DNA of 64,000 nt from assembly GCA_002633005.1 (NCBI GenBank), contig NMRA01000184.1:313255-377254 (forward strand). The letters run 5' to 3'. The notes under the pieces are model-generated. The model searched no databases and had not been told where the DNA came from. It saw nothing but the letters and a program-made list of their open reading frames with translations. Below, piece after piece: positions 12,301 through 27,300 of this stretch; position 1 is the first letter of the stretch, and each line of letters starts with the position of its first letter. The position numbers and the translations under genes are program-made. This stretch comes from Phoronis australis (taxonomy: Eukaryota; Animalia; Phoronida).

Positions 12301-15300
12301 CAAAACGATCTCCTTTGATGTCGGGTTGGTGACAGCCACTTCTAACACAGCACGTTTCTGTAAGCATTGGAGATAAGTAGACACAATGTTATACATTTTA
12401 TGTTTAGTAAGTTCTCCTTGCAACAGTTACTGACAACTTCCCTAATTTATTGAAGAAAAATAAATCCAACATTTATCGCTTTCATTGATGGTATTAATAC
12501 AAAGCTTCAACACATTTGCTAGTGGTCCTACCACTAGACCTACCACTACATACACTCAATTAAAACAGGCTGGCTTATCTATTCAAACAAAGTGTGCTTA
12601 TGTATGCCATGGATTGATAAATTAACACTATGCAGGACACTCGAAAAATTGTCCAAGTTTTACAAACTTCAGTACATCATATCTCACAAATGGGCGACCA
12701 AATTCCTATGAAACTATTAAGATACCGTGCTTCATACAAAATCGAGTGAGGAATTAATGTTTTGAAAACAGTCAACTTTTTGGCTACCAAAAATGGGACA
12801 AAAGTTGCATAAAATGAAAACGAGATGATAATTTAGAAAAGTGAAGTGTTTTTGAGATTCCATCCTCAATATTTACATCACACAAAATGTGGTCATGTTA
12901 TTTATTAATAATTATATTGCCGTTCTGGATGGATGTACCTTAACTTTTTTGCTAAATTTTATTAAAAAGACACGGCCAAATGACCCAGTTAACAGAAGAT
13001 GGTGTGAAACATCAAATTCTACACACATTTAGTTTTATAAAAAATACACTTCTACCGACTCAAACTCTATAGCTTTGCAGACATTAGGCTAAATAAACAG
13101 AAAAGTTCATCAGGTCTTACACAACACTTAAACTACAGAAGCAGTCCGATCTAACACCACTTCTCTAAATACCCAAGTTCATCAGGTCTTGCTAAACTAC
13201 AGAAGCAGTCTAACACCACTTCTCTAAATACCCAAGTTCATCAGGTCTTACACAACCCTTAAACAACAGAAGCAGTCTAACACCACTTCCCTAAATACCC
13301 AAGTTCATCAGGTCTTACACAACCCTTAAACTCCAGAAGCAGTCTAGCACCACTTCTCTATACCCAAGGCACAACATAATCAATGATAACTGATTAGACA
13401 AACTTAAGCAATGTTATCAATTAAAATTACATTTTAACATGCAAAATCCTACGCAAGCCACTATTCACGCACACAATTGTATAATGGTGATATCTAACCA
13501 GCCAGATTAAGCAGAAACAGACAGAAGCTCTTCATGAATTCTATGTCCTCTAACGGTCCAAGATAACAAATACAAATAACAATACCTAGTCTGACAAAAC
13601 AAATCAATTGAACGTTAAAGAACAAATATGTTTACCTCAGGGGTAGTATCCACCAATGCCTTGTGAGAAAATTATCAGCCAGAAATGAATTAAGACAAAT
13701 GTTCTACTTTGCTATAGACCAGTTCATTTGCTCATTAAAACCAGAACTTTTCATTTCTATCAGCTCATTGATTCTCGTGAAATTCGCAATACCACTAGGT
13801 ATGAAAAATCCATGTCACAAACACACTTGCTTATGTTATGTGTCATTCGTACTAAGTCTTGCTACATGGCACAATTGAAGAAATGTAATGTATCATGACA
13901 GAATAAAATGTCCCATCATGGAAGAACTGCTGTTTGTCCTCTGAAACATGGGCTAATTTCACCCAATTAAAACTTTTTGACAAAGTGTCTACTGAAACAA
14001 AAAATTACTATAATTACAAAATTTGTCTGTTGCACCTACTTCCAACTGAATTGGATCAAAAAAATGTTGAGGCTTATGACAAATCTCATTTCATAGGAGA
14101 ATGCATTAAACACTTGTTATACAATTGGCAATTTAAGAAACAACAAAAAGTAATATTCGGTTTTAAAAGACAATCACATGGAAACTTTTTCAGGAACACG
14201 GAAAAGGGAAATACAGTGCTTAACACACTATTAAATAGTAATCAAACATGAGATTGCATAAAATCAAAACAATATAATTTATAAGACTGTAACAGCATTT
14301 TTGAGACTTCATCTTGAACTTTTATATCAAGTGAAATTTGGTCATGGTGTTTTACTATCAACATACCTTTCTCAGGGCTTGGAATGACAACTGGCAAATT
14401 TAAAATAGAAAATTTTCCAAGTGAAGTTGCGCTCCACAAATAAATATGCTTGTCTGATAGAAACAATGTTTTTGTGTTGTAAAATTTAACTGAAATAAAA
14501 GTTTTTTGCAAGAACAAAGTCAGAATAATGGCAAAAAAGAGACAAGAAAAGAGGAAACCGGAGATCAAATATTAAGTGGAAATCTAAACAAAAAAGAGAA
14601 AATGATCTTAAAAGAAGAATATAAATCGGTAAATAAAACAACAAGAATGGATCAATTGAAATTTGAAATTTTCGGATGTAACAACTTCCTTTATCAACAA
14701 AAACAGAAATAAAGTAAAATCAAACACAAAATGACAATTGACATATAAGATATGGTGTAATGAAAATGATACATTTTTGCGTAAAAAATTCAATGACAGA
14801 AAATTCCAAGCCCTGCTTTCTTTTATTGGTAAATTTTACTAAAAAGACACGTTCACATGACACAATTAATGGAGGAATGGTGAGTCAAAAATCAAATTCT
14901 TTCCATTCTCAGAAAATATCGTACATTTACTAAAAAACTTAAAATCTTTAATTTTGTAATTATTTGACTACGTACACAGACTTGTCGCTAACGTCCTACA
15001 TTACCTTAAGTTTTGAGAAATTATTATTATTATATACCTGGCAAGGGCAGGATATGGTCAGCGTTTTCTCCGGTGGTGGAGCACATACAGTGACATCTAT
15101 TGAGTACCAGACACGGTAGCCCTCATATTCACCGACCTCAGACACTTCCTGGAATTCTTCACCGTCACTGTCGATGTCGCTATGGAAACAAACCATTAGC
15201 ATTATATGATGAGTAGTGCCTGAGGGAAATTTATAAAAAAAATATTTAAATCATAAAAACAATTTTTTTAATAATTGCTATAATATCACAAATGACAAGT

Positions 15301-18300
15301 GAGACATTTTAAGACATCATTTTCTTTTTAACAAATTAGTGGCTGGATATTACTTTTGATTTGACTAATGCAAGGCAGTCTAAGGAAGAGAATTCAATTA
15401 GTAACCCTTATTACTGCTAACTGTTGAGTATACATTATACCAAAATGTAAACCTTCCAACAGGAGTTATATTAAATTCTGGTGATGACATTAACAAAAGG
15501 CAATGAAATCCGCCACATTTCCATGTTTAAAGAAACTTTTCTAACAGCTATTGGTTTTAATATACTATTATCCACATCTACAACAAAGCTAATGATAGCC
15601 TCAACATTCTGTATCCATGAGGTGCTCCCATACTGAAATACCTCCCAATTCTTAAGGGGTTTTTAGACAATTAAAATAAGAATTCTAACTAGACTATTAC
15701 TGGTACAAGTCTTGTCATCCTGTCGCGTCTTACACAAAACATTGACACACCTTTGCAAAAATATTGACATATTATCACCATAAAGCTTACGTGACAGGGT
15801 TGACACCAGCGATGAACGAGATCACTCCTTTATAGCTGCCCCTCTTAGTTGGAGCCACGGTCATCTCATACTTGCCGACCTTTTGACCGAGGACAGATAT
15901 GAACGGTTGACCGTTGATGAAGCTTAAATCAGACTCGACATGGTAGGTCAACTTCCTCTGTGTCAAGTTGGGTACATCCAAGGTTATATGCAGGCTACAA
16001 CATGTGAAATGAACTGTGAATCCTTGAACATTGCAGCGGGTTTACATGACAGTTCCAAGACATTTCTGTGCTGGTGAGCAAGTGAGGACGAGGATTGGAA
16101 CAAGTGTGCTAGTATCAAAATTGGGAGCCACTGTCTAAATAGAGAACATCACCAGACTGAGATGATCTTCTGTTTGTAATAGGCAACATTGCAACTGAGT
16201 TAGTAAAACAAATTTGAATAACAGAATTTCAAAATTATTTGTAAATTCAAAGGTCAATAAGTTCGACATATTATAAAACAATGACTCATAAAGCTAAAAG
16301 TAACCAACCAGTCTAGAAATCTGTAACACAATAGTGTCTACATTTGCAAAGCTAAAATGCTCAAAATATTTGGGACTGACTGAGAGGTAAATGCCATCCA
16401 TCTTTTTTCTTCTATCATATAAAGTGTGTTTAAACAGTCCTATATAACACAATAGTTACCTCTGCTTGGCTTCACAGTCCAGGCTGAGATGATCCAGAGC
16501 CAGAGGTTTCTTGGGCATCCCCTTCAGTTGGAACAGATGTTCTGTGCCATCATCAACGTTGACCAGTGTAAGCAATCCCTAAATAAAGAATAATATACCT
16601 TGCATATAACTTGTGCGCACACGTACGAAAATTGCTTTGGAACACGCAGACACATATTTCAAGAAGAATTCCAATTCTTAAATGAGGGGAGTTATTAAGG
16701 ACTTCTCCACCAACTGTACAGTCTCATCCACGGTGTTATTGGCATGTTTAATTGTTTCAAACAAGATTCACCTATTAAGCTAACCCAAAAATTTTTATAA
16801 ATTCCGTTGTATTGACTACCTATAAATGCCTTAGAAAGCACAAAACTGTGTATAATTACGATTTATCTGTATTTCAGCAAACAATTGACTCAAAAATGAA
16901 TAACGATAACCAAATCTTACTGTGACGTCTCCTTCCAGTGGAGGTCTGTACATGAGGGGGTATAACGTAGTTTGGTAAGCCTTGACCACCAGTGTTGGGG
17001 GGCCATAGAACCCGACGCCGCTTATCTGAGCTTCCATGGTCCAGTCATGGTTGGTCGGGTTGATCTGAAAAGGAACATCCACATTACAAATGCTAAGTTA
17101 ACTGTGGCTGTAAGAAGAGTGTGGCTTAAAATCTTACAATTTAGAAAATCATCCATGCCCAATTTTTGATTACACCTCAGGCAAACGTGGAACATTTTAA
17201 AAATGATTCTTAACAGCATTTTGGAAAACCATCTATAAGGTATTCTATTCTGAAAGTTTGGTGTGAATCTAAAGAGCCATTTCTGAGATAAGAAGTTCCA
17301 AATTGAGACAATTATCTCAGGTCCTACATATAACTTTAACCATAATCCAAATGGCTTGCATAACTTGTTGACAAACATGTCTTTCAGCAGAACCTGGCTT
17401 TGAGAACACACCACCAGCCCATCGTGGGGCCCAAACCAACTATCTCATGGTTCAGTCCTGTGACTTACAATAGGTATATTCTGCGTGACAGCTTGATGTA
17501 CATGGGACGTGAATTCCAGCTCAGCATTGCTACCGTCTGGATTGACAGTGCACTCAATCTGGTAAACACGGACATCGTCAACAGAGCGCAGCACAATCCT
17601 ACATGGATAGTGTCCTGCCTTATCTGCACAGAACTTGATTGGTAGGTCGACGTAATGCTCATCCATGACAACTCCTGAAACCAGACAATTGTTGCAATAA
17701 AAATGTCACAAATCAATTTCACATTCAATGTCAGAAAATTATGAAATTACTGTGGATCATTTTCAAAAGTACGACGATCTAAGAACTGCTATGGTCAAGA
17801 AGTTCATAACACAAAAATCATTCACAGAACATTCTCTCACAACATAAAATCAGTCAAAACTTGAGATGTGGTAAATACAAACAGTTAAAATTCTAGTATT
17901 TTCATAGCACTTGGACTATAAAGGGTTTTAAATTTTGAATTTGGGAGGATCTGGATCGCCTTATTTAGTTTCAGATATATTTTCTACGGAATTTGTGTTC
18001 AAATTCAGCATCAGATTTTGTAAATCTAACTACTGAGCACATCATTAATTCATGTGTCGATTGGCACTTACCTTGTGAGCCAAAAAGTCCAGCAGGTGAT
18101 TTTGGTATGTTACCAGTGGCTGTCTTCACAATGGTTTCAGATGCAGTCATTGGTTTAATTTGCAATGGATTGGGCATGGAAAGAGTCTTGGGTGCTGAAA
18201 AATATCCTGAATCCAACTCCACTTGGAAAACTGGCCCAGGGTCACCTTTCTTGGGAACCTGTGAGTAAAATATAAGCCATGATGTAGACAGTGCCATCTG

Positions 18301-21300
18301 TTGGAATAATGTAAAGACGGATACTGGTGAATTATGGCAAATGTTTACAAGTGTGGACAGCTTTCAATTGAAATTTAGTGCGGTAAAACGTGCTAGCATT
18401 TAAAGCAATGAAACACCCATTCTTGGTTACTTCGACAGTCAATGACACTAATTCAAGAATTAACCACCCACTTACAACAGTACTATACTTATAGTTTTCA
18501 TCTCAAACTTGTTACTTGCTATTAACAGGGCCAAAAAGTTTATTTGGCTTTGGTCTATGCTCAACTCATTTGGAAACCCGTGCCTTGCTGTTAAAAAAAA
18601 AACAGCCCGCCCACATCATTTTAGCCAAATTCACGTTTTTTTATCAAAAGCCAGGCAAACTCATGCAAGCCAGCCCTTAAACAACGAAGCTTTCAAGCAA
18701 GCCACATTCACCTCCTTGGGGTCTTCAATGAATGAAAATAAGTTATGACCACTGACTGACAAGTGTCAGTGCTGTTGTCACATTGATTTCCATCACAAAC
18801 TTAAGATGCTGGGTATTTGATGGCTTTTACAATTACTTATTCATAATTAAATGTCAATATTTTAACTCTTCCTCAATACCAAGCTCAGCACTTACCAGTG
18901 GTGTGCGCACTGCCTTGACAGGGTCCGTGGACAACATAGATATGGCTTTAGCAGTCACTGTCCCTGCAGCTAAGGTACCTGTGACTTTGCGACGATGCAG
19001 CTCCAACTCTGACATGTGCTAGGAAATATTCAAGATGAGAAATATATAGCGAGTTATTGTCCTTGCCATTCAATAAACATGTAGTTAGCAGGCAGTTAAT
19101 GTAAACTGACAAAAACAGTGGAGGATCAAACATCCAAGCTGAACAATGTCAAAATCAGACCCGACCATTGAGCCATGAAAGAAAAGACTAGAGTGTAACC
19201 ACAAAAACACTAATCTAAAATAATTTAAATAAAACTAAATGAACTGAAATTTAAAAAATATCTATGCTACCTGCTGGGCAGCGATAACCAAAGCCTGCTC
19301 CCTCAGGCTGTTGGTCAATGGGATGGGTATTGTCTCACTCAGCGTCTGGTTGACTTCGCACTTCCAGTAGACAACAGATTCATCTCCACCGTAGGCACCA
19401 CGCCCGCGACCTATGAAAGACAATAATTATCATTAACAGAGTTGCAAGCTAACCCAGGACTTTGATTGACTTAAGGTGTAAACACCATTGTTGCGAGGTG
19501 GGTGATTTGTGTCTAAAAAAATGCAAAATTTGCCACAGCAATGACAGAAATAACCGCAAAACTTCATAATCAAATCAAATAAGTTGAAATTGTGATTTTT
19601 AACTATTAGTGTGAATCGTGAAAAAAATAACTTAGTCACAACTGTCAAAGCTAAGGATTGTAGTGTCAAACACAATCTGAATATGTTAGTTCAGTAGTTG
19701 ACCTACAGATCGATTTTTAAACGAAAAGCCGTGGTTCAAATCCTGGCTTCACTCAATCTGGTAAGTGACTATAGCACTAATCTTGCACTGAAAATGCCAG
19801 TCATTATCAGAACTAAGGAATTATTACAACACAGTTAAATCAAATACACAGCAACATAAAGATCCCGCTATCTCATACCAGCAGCAGCAGCGCTTGTGAT
19901 TCGCACAGTGTTGGGTCCGGGCTGGAACGGAAGCGCCATCTTCAGTGGGAGAGTTGCAACAGCCTCAATGGAGTAGAGGAACTCGCCGACGTTTTCATTG
20001 ATGAAGAGAACGGAGCATTGCCTTTTACCGGTAGCGAATGGCAGGAAGTCAATGTCAACAATAGCGACACCTTTACCCTCTATGAAGACCGAGGGAGACG
20101 GGCAAAAGTAAGCACTCATAATGGCATCTGTGTCAACTGGAAGAGGAAAACAAGGACTTCAGACACTTAACACAAACAGTATATTTAGTACGTTCTCCAG
20201 TTTGGTACAGTGAAAGATTAATTATTTTGCTTGAGGAATTTGTACCAAATTTTGGAAACATACAACATTGGCTGACTCAAATTCATGAATTACGATAAAT
20301 GACAAACGATTGATCATTCAACTCGAAGCCACACACCAGGAGGACACATGAAAAGGTTTGGACAGCTATTTTTGTCAATTTTATGAACTGCAGAACCTAT
20401 TCTCACACTGTTGATACAAAAATGCAGTGTGTGAACTTTAATAAATATGATGAATACCAAAATTGACAGTATTCCGATCTTCAGAATCAAGAAAATTCAA
20501 CTTCTGCTAGAAGTTTCACGCCCCAAATTTTAGAGACTGACCCAAAATGGAGAATTTTTATCCAAGTGCAACACGTTTACAAACCCGTAGCAACTTGATT
20601 TAAATGCAGCAATATCAAAATAACAGATAATATATTTTTCTCTGGTGTATGTCCTTCCTAACACAACAGTTGACAAACAAAAATATTCATCTTCATAGCC
20701 TCTGACCACTCACAGCCTCTGACCACTCACAGCCTCTGACCACTCACAGCCTCTGACCACTCACAGCCTCTGACCACTCACCAGCTCCCTCCACAAGATT
20801 CAGTTTATCCTGCGTGTCGACAATCTTTGGTGGAACCTTCATCTCCTCGTCCGACGACGGTGGAGTGACGGAGCGTGGATTCTTTCCCGTGTTGATCTTT
20901 GCACGTGCCTTTCGCTTCTTCTTCTTGCGTGGCTTCATAAGGCTCTTGTTCTGAGTATTTCCCTTGTTTCCGTCTACCTTGCCTTCAACTAACACAATAC
21001 GGAAGTCTCCTGACTCAGGGAAAGGATTTGCAACCTCTAGTGAAAGTTTCTTCAGCTCGTAGCAAGGTGACTCACACTTGACGACACGCTGGAAACAAAA
21101 TCGTTTGAAGAATTAAGTTACACATCAACAGATCATGCATGAACTAAAAGCAAACGCACAACTTGAATGTTAAATCTTGTTTCCTAAAATTTGTTTATTG
21201 CTTGGTAAAATGTCACCCATTTCGAGCACAAATTATTCCAACAAATTATTGTTCTTTATTCAGCTGCTAAAGACATCTAACATCGTGCTAAGTGACCACA

Positions 21301-24300
21301 ATTTCTAAAAATATCATCCCACCAGGGATGGGTTGCATGAAACTTCAATACTTCTCCACTGGATGAGTTTGATTGTTGCATGATGTCAGACACATTGTCC
21401 AACAATGACATCATGGGATGTGATGATGCGGCATCATTGTGGTTATCCAGCATGTAACTTTTATGCAACCAGGCTCTGCTGGTGACATGTGACATTAATA
21501 GGTTTGTAATCATAAAATATTAATATACAGTTTATGTTGGCATAAGATTCCAATATGAACTTTCTGTTACAAGACCAAGTTACGAGAAAAGGTGTAAACG
21601 ACTTACATCAGGTGTAATGTTGTCAATCTGAGTCCTTAGAGTGAACACGAGAGTCGTTCCTGTTAAAGACCCAGACCTGCGTCCAACCAGAATCAATGTC
21701 GCCTCGGCTGGTCGCAAGAACCGACTGGTGAACTCGATTTCTAAATTAGCCACACCCTTTGGTGGAATGGTGACTGTGTTTCCGATTGGGCAAACAAAGT
21801 CGTTAGCATCATGGCCTGCCATTAGAATGGTGTAGGTCAAAGGTCGGTTACTGGGATTGGTCAGCCGGATCTGTCTCATGACCATGCCATGCAGGGTACC
21901 AGTGAAGTCAACAGTGTTCTTGGCCAGGTACTGAGGCATCTTTTGGTAGAGGAACACCGACAGAAACATCAACATGATAGGGTTGGGGTCTGTGATATCA
22001 ATGGCCTGTAAACAGAAATATCAAATATAATGCAGCATGTAAACTTAAGTAAATAATAAGTTAAGATATATAATAATAATGGAACAGTGGTGTCAGAATT
22101 TTGCGAAATAAAGACTGCAAAGCAGTGAAGGCCAACATTTTACTTAGGCCTTCTACAGGCCCATTACAACAGAAATTGTGTTTTAATTTCACTGCTAATA
22201 CTGACAGAAAGACTACCAGCCTGCTTGAGGAATATTTAATGATTCCCTTTAGTTAGCAATGACAGTTTTCACTGAAACTGCTTTACTTCCAAAGCATTCT
22301 TTTCTAATCCTTTGGTAAGCGAAACAACTACCAACATGGTGAAGTTAAGATATATGTATGCGAGGTCAAATTTCCAACTTTGAGTATGCACTCACGCACA
22401 CATTCCGTTATCCAATGACTCACGGTTTTTGACAAATATGAAACACAGCACATCACTATGACATTATTCATATATAAGTCACTATGCAAACATGCAGACA
22501 TTATTCATATATAAGTCACTATGCAAACATGCAGTCATTGTAATACGCATCTGTTTTATCTATGGTTTAGCTACACCCTCAAAAGATACTTTATCCAATG
22601 ATTTGTGCATTGTATGACATGTATATTAGCAACACACCAAGGATGGTGAATACTGACAAAGATGAAATGATGTCATATTTACCTGGATGTCATACTCCAG
22701 TCCAATATATTGCATGGCGTTGACCACCTTAAGCGCATTGTGCAGACACTGCTCAGCTGTGGCTGGCTGGGTGTACATGTCTTGAAGGTGGGTTTTCACC
22801 TAACAAACATTAAGGTAAAAGCGTTAGGCACATTACTGAAAACAATGGTAATGATCAACACAGGTAGCATTTGTACCAACTAGTGTTGACCCACAAACCA
22901 GTTTATTGCCATTCAAATGACAGCCATGTTGCTTTATACACTGCATAAATCAACCTATCAATACCAACATATCATACACAGCCTTCAGCATTACCAGTGT
23001 GAAAGCACTTTAAAAGCATGGAAATCATTTCTCATGAAACAAAGGCAAAAGTAAAGACCAATTTTGAAGCAATAAGTGAACAAATTTTTGATAACAAAAG
23101 TTGACAACGGCATCAGGATTGGAGATAAAAGTAAGATTAAGTGTTAGGTAATAGATATTGGAAGGGCACAATCACATGATGGGGTGTGTCGAAGAGAGCT
23201 AGTTTCTTGTAAATGCGTGTTTGGCTAGATTGCACAATTAGACCACAGCTGGGTGAAAAGGTCGCAAAGTTACAAGCAAAATGACCGCCACCGTCAGCGA
23301 CTGGTTGTTAATGTTGAACTATTGAATTACGAGATAGTGAGAAACATGTAACTAACTTGACACTATTTTCATTCCAGCAAGAATTTTTCAACCATAAATG
23401 TCTTGCAATTGTCTGATGATACAAAAGGCCCTATCCCCAGATGATCAACTCACCAAGAATGGACAATGGGCACCCAGTACAGCGCCAATGACCATCCCAT
23501 CCAGTAAGTCAAAGTCAAAGTTGACGATCCATCGAGCGGGTGGAATGCCTCCTTTGGGGCAGTTCTCCCAGATGCCATGACGGTATTGCTCGTACATGTG
23601 GTTGAGCCATGCGAGAATGATTCGTTCCCCCACACCATAGACATTGCTACAAAGGGGGTCAGGATTGACGGCAGGCAGTTTCTTCTTGTGGTCAGGCGAG
23701 TTGACATTCTTGAACTGACGCGGTGTGATGCGAGACATGATGAGAATCTGTTGGAATAGACACAATGTTAGCAAACAGGGTGTGCAGAAAACAAGGCAAG
23801 TTTTAAATTAAATCAAACAGCAGAGAACTAAGAAAACAAACATGTTTTTATCTGTTTATTTAAAAATCACTTTTACATACAAATCATAAGACTTTCCTAA
23901 CCTGACAAAGACATTTTACACCCAAAATGAACTATGAAGCACGACACGGTATGACAGATGGTTCTACCATTATTTGAAGTGGCACGCCCTGAGACTCCAA
24001 GTATTACAACAAACAAAACAGACAACACGGTAGACAAGTAATAAAAATAATGTAAAATCAGCAAGGATTCAAACAGACCCTGCGTATTCATAAAGGTCTG
24101 TGTGAGCAATGTGAATGGCTTCACACAGCTTCAAAAATAATAAGTAAGAAAAAACCTTGAGAATGGAATAAGCATAGCAAAAATGTCCTTATTTCTATTC
24201 AAATGTTCTCATTATTGACCAGGAGTTTCCCAATTCACCTTGAAGGTCTGCAGTAGAATGTCAGTCCAAGCTTTCTTAGATACTGCCTCAAACAGTTGGT

Positions 24301-27300
24301 CATTCAGCTGAGCTTCATCCTCCGTCAAGGTCTTCTTCTGGTACGATGATGGGTCCGTGATGAACTCCTGCAGGGATTTCCAGTGTTTGTAATCCCCAGG
24401 TTCCATCAGGTACTCAGGTTTGATGGAAGAGACACACCCTCCCTGGTTCCTAGAATTATGCGGTGTAACCGTAGTTATCGTTATCATGATCATAATGATT
24501 ATTATTATGTTCATTACTATTTATGATAACAATAGCCGGAGTCTTTAAAGATAATAACTATGATGGTGGAAACAATTAATATTAACAACTAAAATTTCTG
24601 AAGAGTTTGCAAAAACTCTCAAGTTAAAAGTGGTCTCTGAAGTATTCAGTGACTCACTTCATGAAGGTAAGCAGTGTCGAATGCTGCCAGTGAATCTGCT
24701 TAACTCTCTCCGTGGGGTCAGGAGGGATGGGGGCATTGAGTGGCACCCCTGGGATATTGCGGCCACACAGGTGATGGATCATGTCGTAGATGGTCTTGAT
24801 GTCTTTCCGTAGATTGTTTGCATCATAATTACCACTCTGTGTGCTGTTGGAGTCTCGGCCTTGCTTACTGATTCCACTGCAAAATGAAAAGACTTGATTA
24901 CAGAAATATCTGTACTGCTGGGGCGTACGAGCTAAATAAGTGAATACTAGGTGGTACACAGAAATTGAGTCAAAATCACAGCACTTTCAACAGTATGATT
25001 AGATGTCTGTTTATTAAATACTAAACTGCTCTCAATAAGACTGCAAAGTCACATCCCATAATTCAGATCATTTCGTTCACGGTTTGCAAATGTGTCGGAG
25101 CGCACTTGCCCATAAATTATAAGCGTGCCCCTGCCCTACAAGTATAAGCATGCCCCTGCCCTACTAGTATAAGCATGCCCCTGCCCTACAGTGCTGTTGT
25201 AGCAGAAACACGTTTTGTACTAAATAATTCTAACACAAATGTGCTAAGTAATTCTATCTCCATTTAAGAAAATTGAAACACCGACAGCTAAGAGACTACG
25301 ATTCTGTTCACCATAGTGAATCTATGACAACATGTCTGACGACCTGGTCACCATAGTGATTCTATGACAACATTTCTGAGGACAATGCTTGAGTAACTAT
25401 TCATTTTAACGGACAGACAAAAGCACTTTAGCCTAACATCACAAAAGCCACACGCAAAAAATGATTGCTGCGCTCTCAAGTTCACGTTCACAAAAACATG
25501 ATCAAACCTGCACTTCATGTAAAATGTGAAATCCAGCAAACAGGTACACAGTGTAATCACTTACTAAGTAAATGGGAAAACTGAACGTATTATACAGAGT
25601 GCGTAGCCTAATTTTTTTTTACCGAAGCTAGTGCTGTAAATTTCCAATTCTCGAGATTTGACGATGAAGCTTATGTGGACTTATAACACACAGCAAGACA
25701 GACTGATATGATGTCCTACTCATTCAAACATTACAGCATGCAACATTGTGCTCCCAGATATGAACTGATAGACACGCTACAGTACAAAAACAATACAGTA
25801 CAATACAATACAATCACGCTAAGCTTACCGCTTTGACCTGTTTGTGTTATCAAGGATGAAAATTAAAACTATCAGATTTACATTGTTAGTATAACCACTC
25901 GTAAAAAATTAATGCACAAGAAACATAACTGAAATAAACAATGGATGAAAACAAAACAGCTTTTGACTAAAAATTCTACTTAAAAGTAACAGCTGAAATG
26001 TTAGAATTAATTGAAATCTGGGGTACTTTTCATGAAACTTGGATTTAGTAAAGAATTTTGGTTAAAACTCATCAAGCAACAATGGTAACGTGGCACGTGA
26101 CCAACAAAGCCACCAAGCAAATGGCGGAGGATTCAGAGTTAATTTACAGGGAAGGATAGGATGTATGTCATTTAATATGACAAGAAAAGATTAACGGGTA
26201 AATTTATTTTCACAAAGCAGAACCGGAAGACAATTTATTCTGTGAAAAGAGTGTGCTCGTGGAATGAAATCGATCTAAAACAATGGTGACTTGTTAGTGT
26301 TGGTTATACAAATGTCCTGAACGCACAGCTACCTGTTATACCAAAAAGTTTACATTACCTCCTTAAAGAGAATGGTATACAAATAGGATATGGTCCATTA
26401 GGCCAGCCATTGGCAGAGAACCATCTCTGTACCGCCAGCAAAACCTCCGACTGGAATATTCCCTCTTCTGTATCTTCATCTGGGAAGAGTGCGGATCCTA
26501 AAGATCGACTAACCATGTCTTGTTTTGCCATGGCCGCAGAGTTGGAATCCGAGGCTACTTTATTGAGAGCGCCAGTTCGTGGTGTGCTCGGGTATGTTGA
26601 ACCTGTGCGAGCAGGAATGAGGTGAAAGGTGTGCATTTGAACAGACAAACAGTCAAAATACAACCAGTATCGACTTCTCAGCATTGCCTGTATGCTCCAA
26701 CTACTTTCAAACTATCACCTAAAATTCATGTATAAGCCGCAAAGACAATACCAAAATGTCACAAACATTCAATTTTAAACAGATATCAATTGAAAGTAAA
26801 TTGTAAAAAAATCTGTAGACTGATAGGTGTTGTCTCAACACAAACTGTGACATATGTAAAGCATCAAATGCATTGCTTTCAAATTAGATCCGTCTTTCTA
26901 GACCTATTTCAAACTAAAAACAGAATAAATTAATTGAAATAACTAAAGATTAGTAGAAGTGGTAAAGCTGGCTAAAGTTATGAAAAGTACAAGCAAGTTA
27001 TAAGTAGAAACAGACAGACAAGTATTAAATGTGCTCCCCCCTAAACTGTTCTATCTCATAGCTTGCAGACTCTTGCCTTCTGCGTAGACTTTCTTCTTGA
27101 CGGCAGAACTCCCCGGGGTGACCCGATACTTCTTTTTAGCTGATCCGTCTTCAGCAGACGACGATGACTCACTCCCGCCACTGCCACTACTACTACTTTC
27201 ACTACTGCTAGATTCAGATGTTGTGGTATAGCTGGTCTCACTACTCTCAGTAGTGTAGGAGGTCTCCGAGGTAGAGCAAACGGATGACGTGTAGTCAGAC

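Noticed and set aside
13103-13368. Regular repeats that could be mistaken for a CRISPR array
   Set aside because: Head-to-tail units with no unique spacers, no cas genes, and a eukaryotic intron context.
19685-19750. Possible tRNA gene
   Set aside because: A and B boxes are present but the acceptor and anticodon stems do not pair; treated as a SINE relic.
21277-21513. 78-aa intronic ORF that looks coding-like
   Set aside because: No acceptor/donor pair matches the phase-0 host intron, and no recognisable homology.
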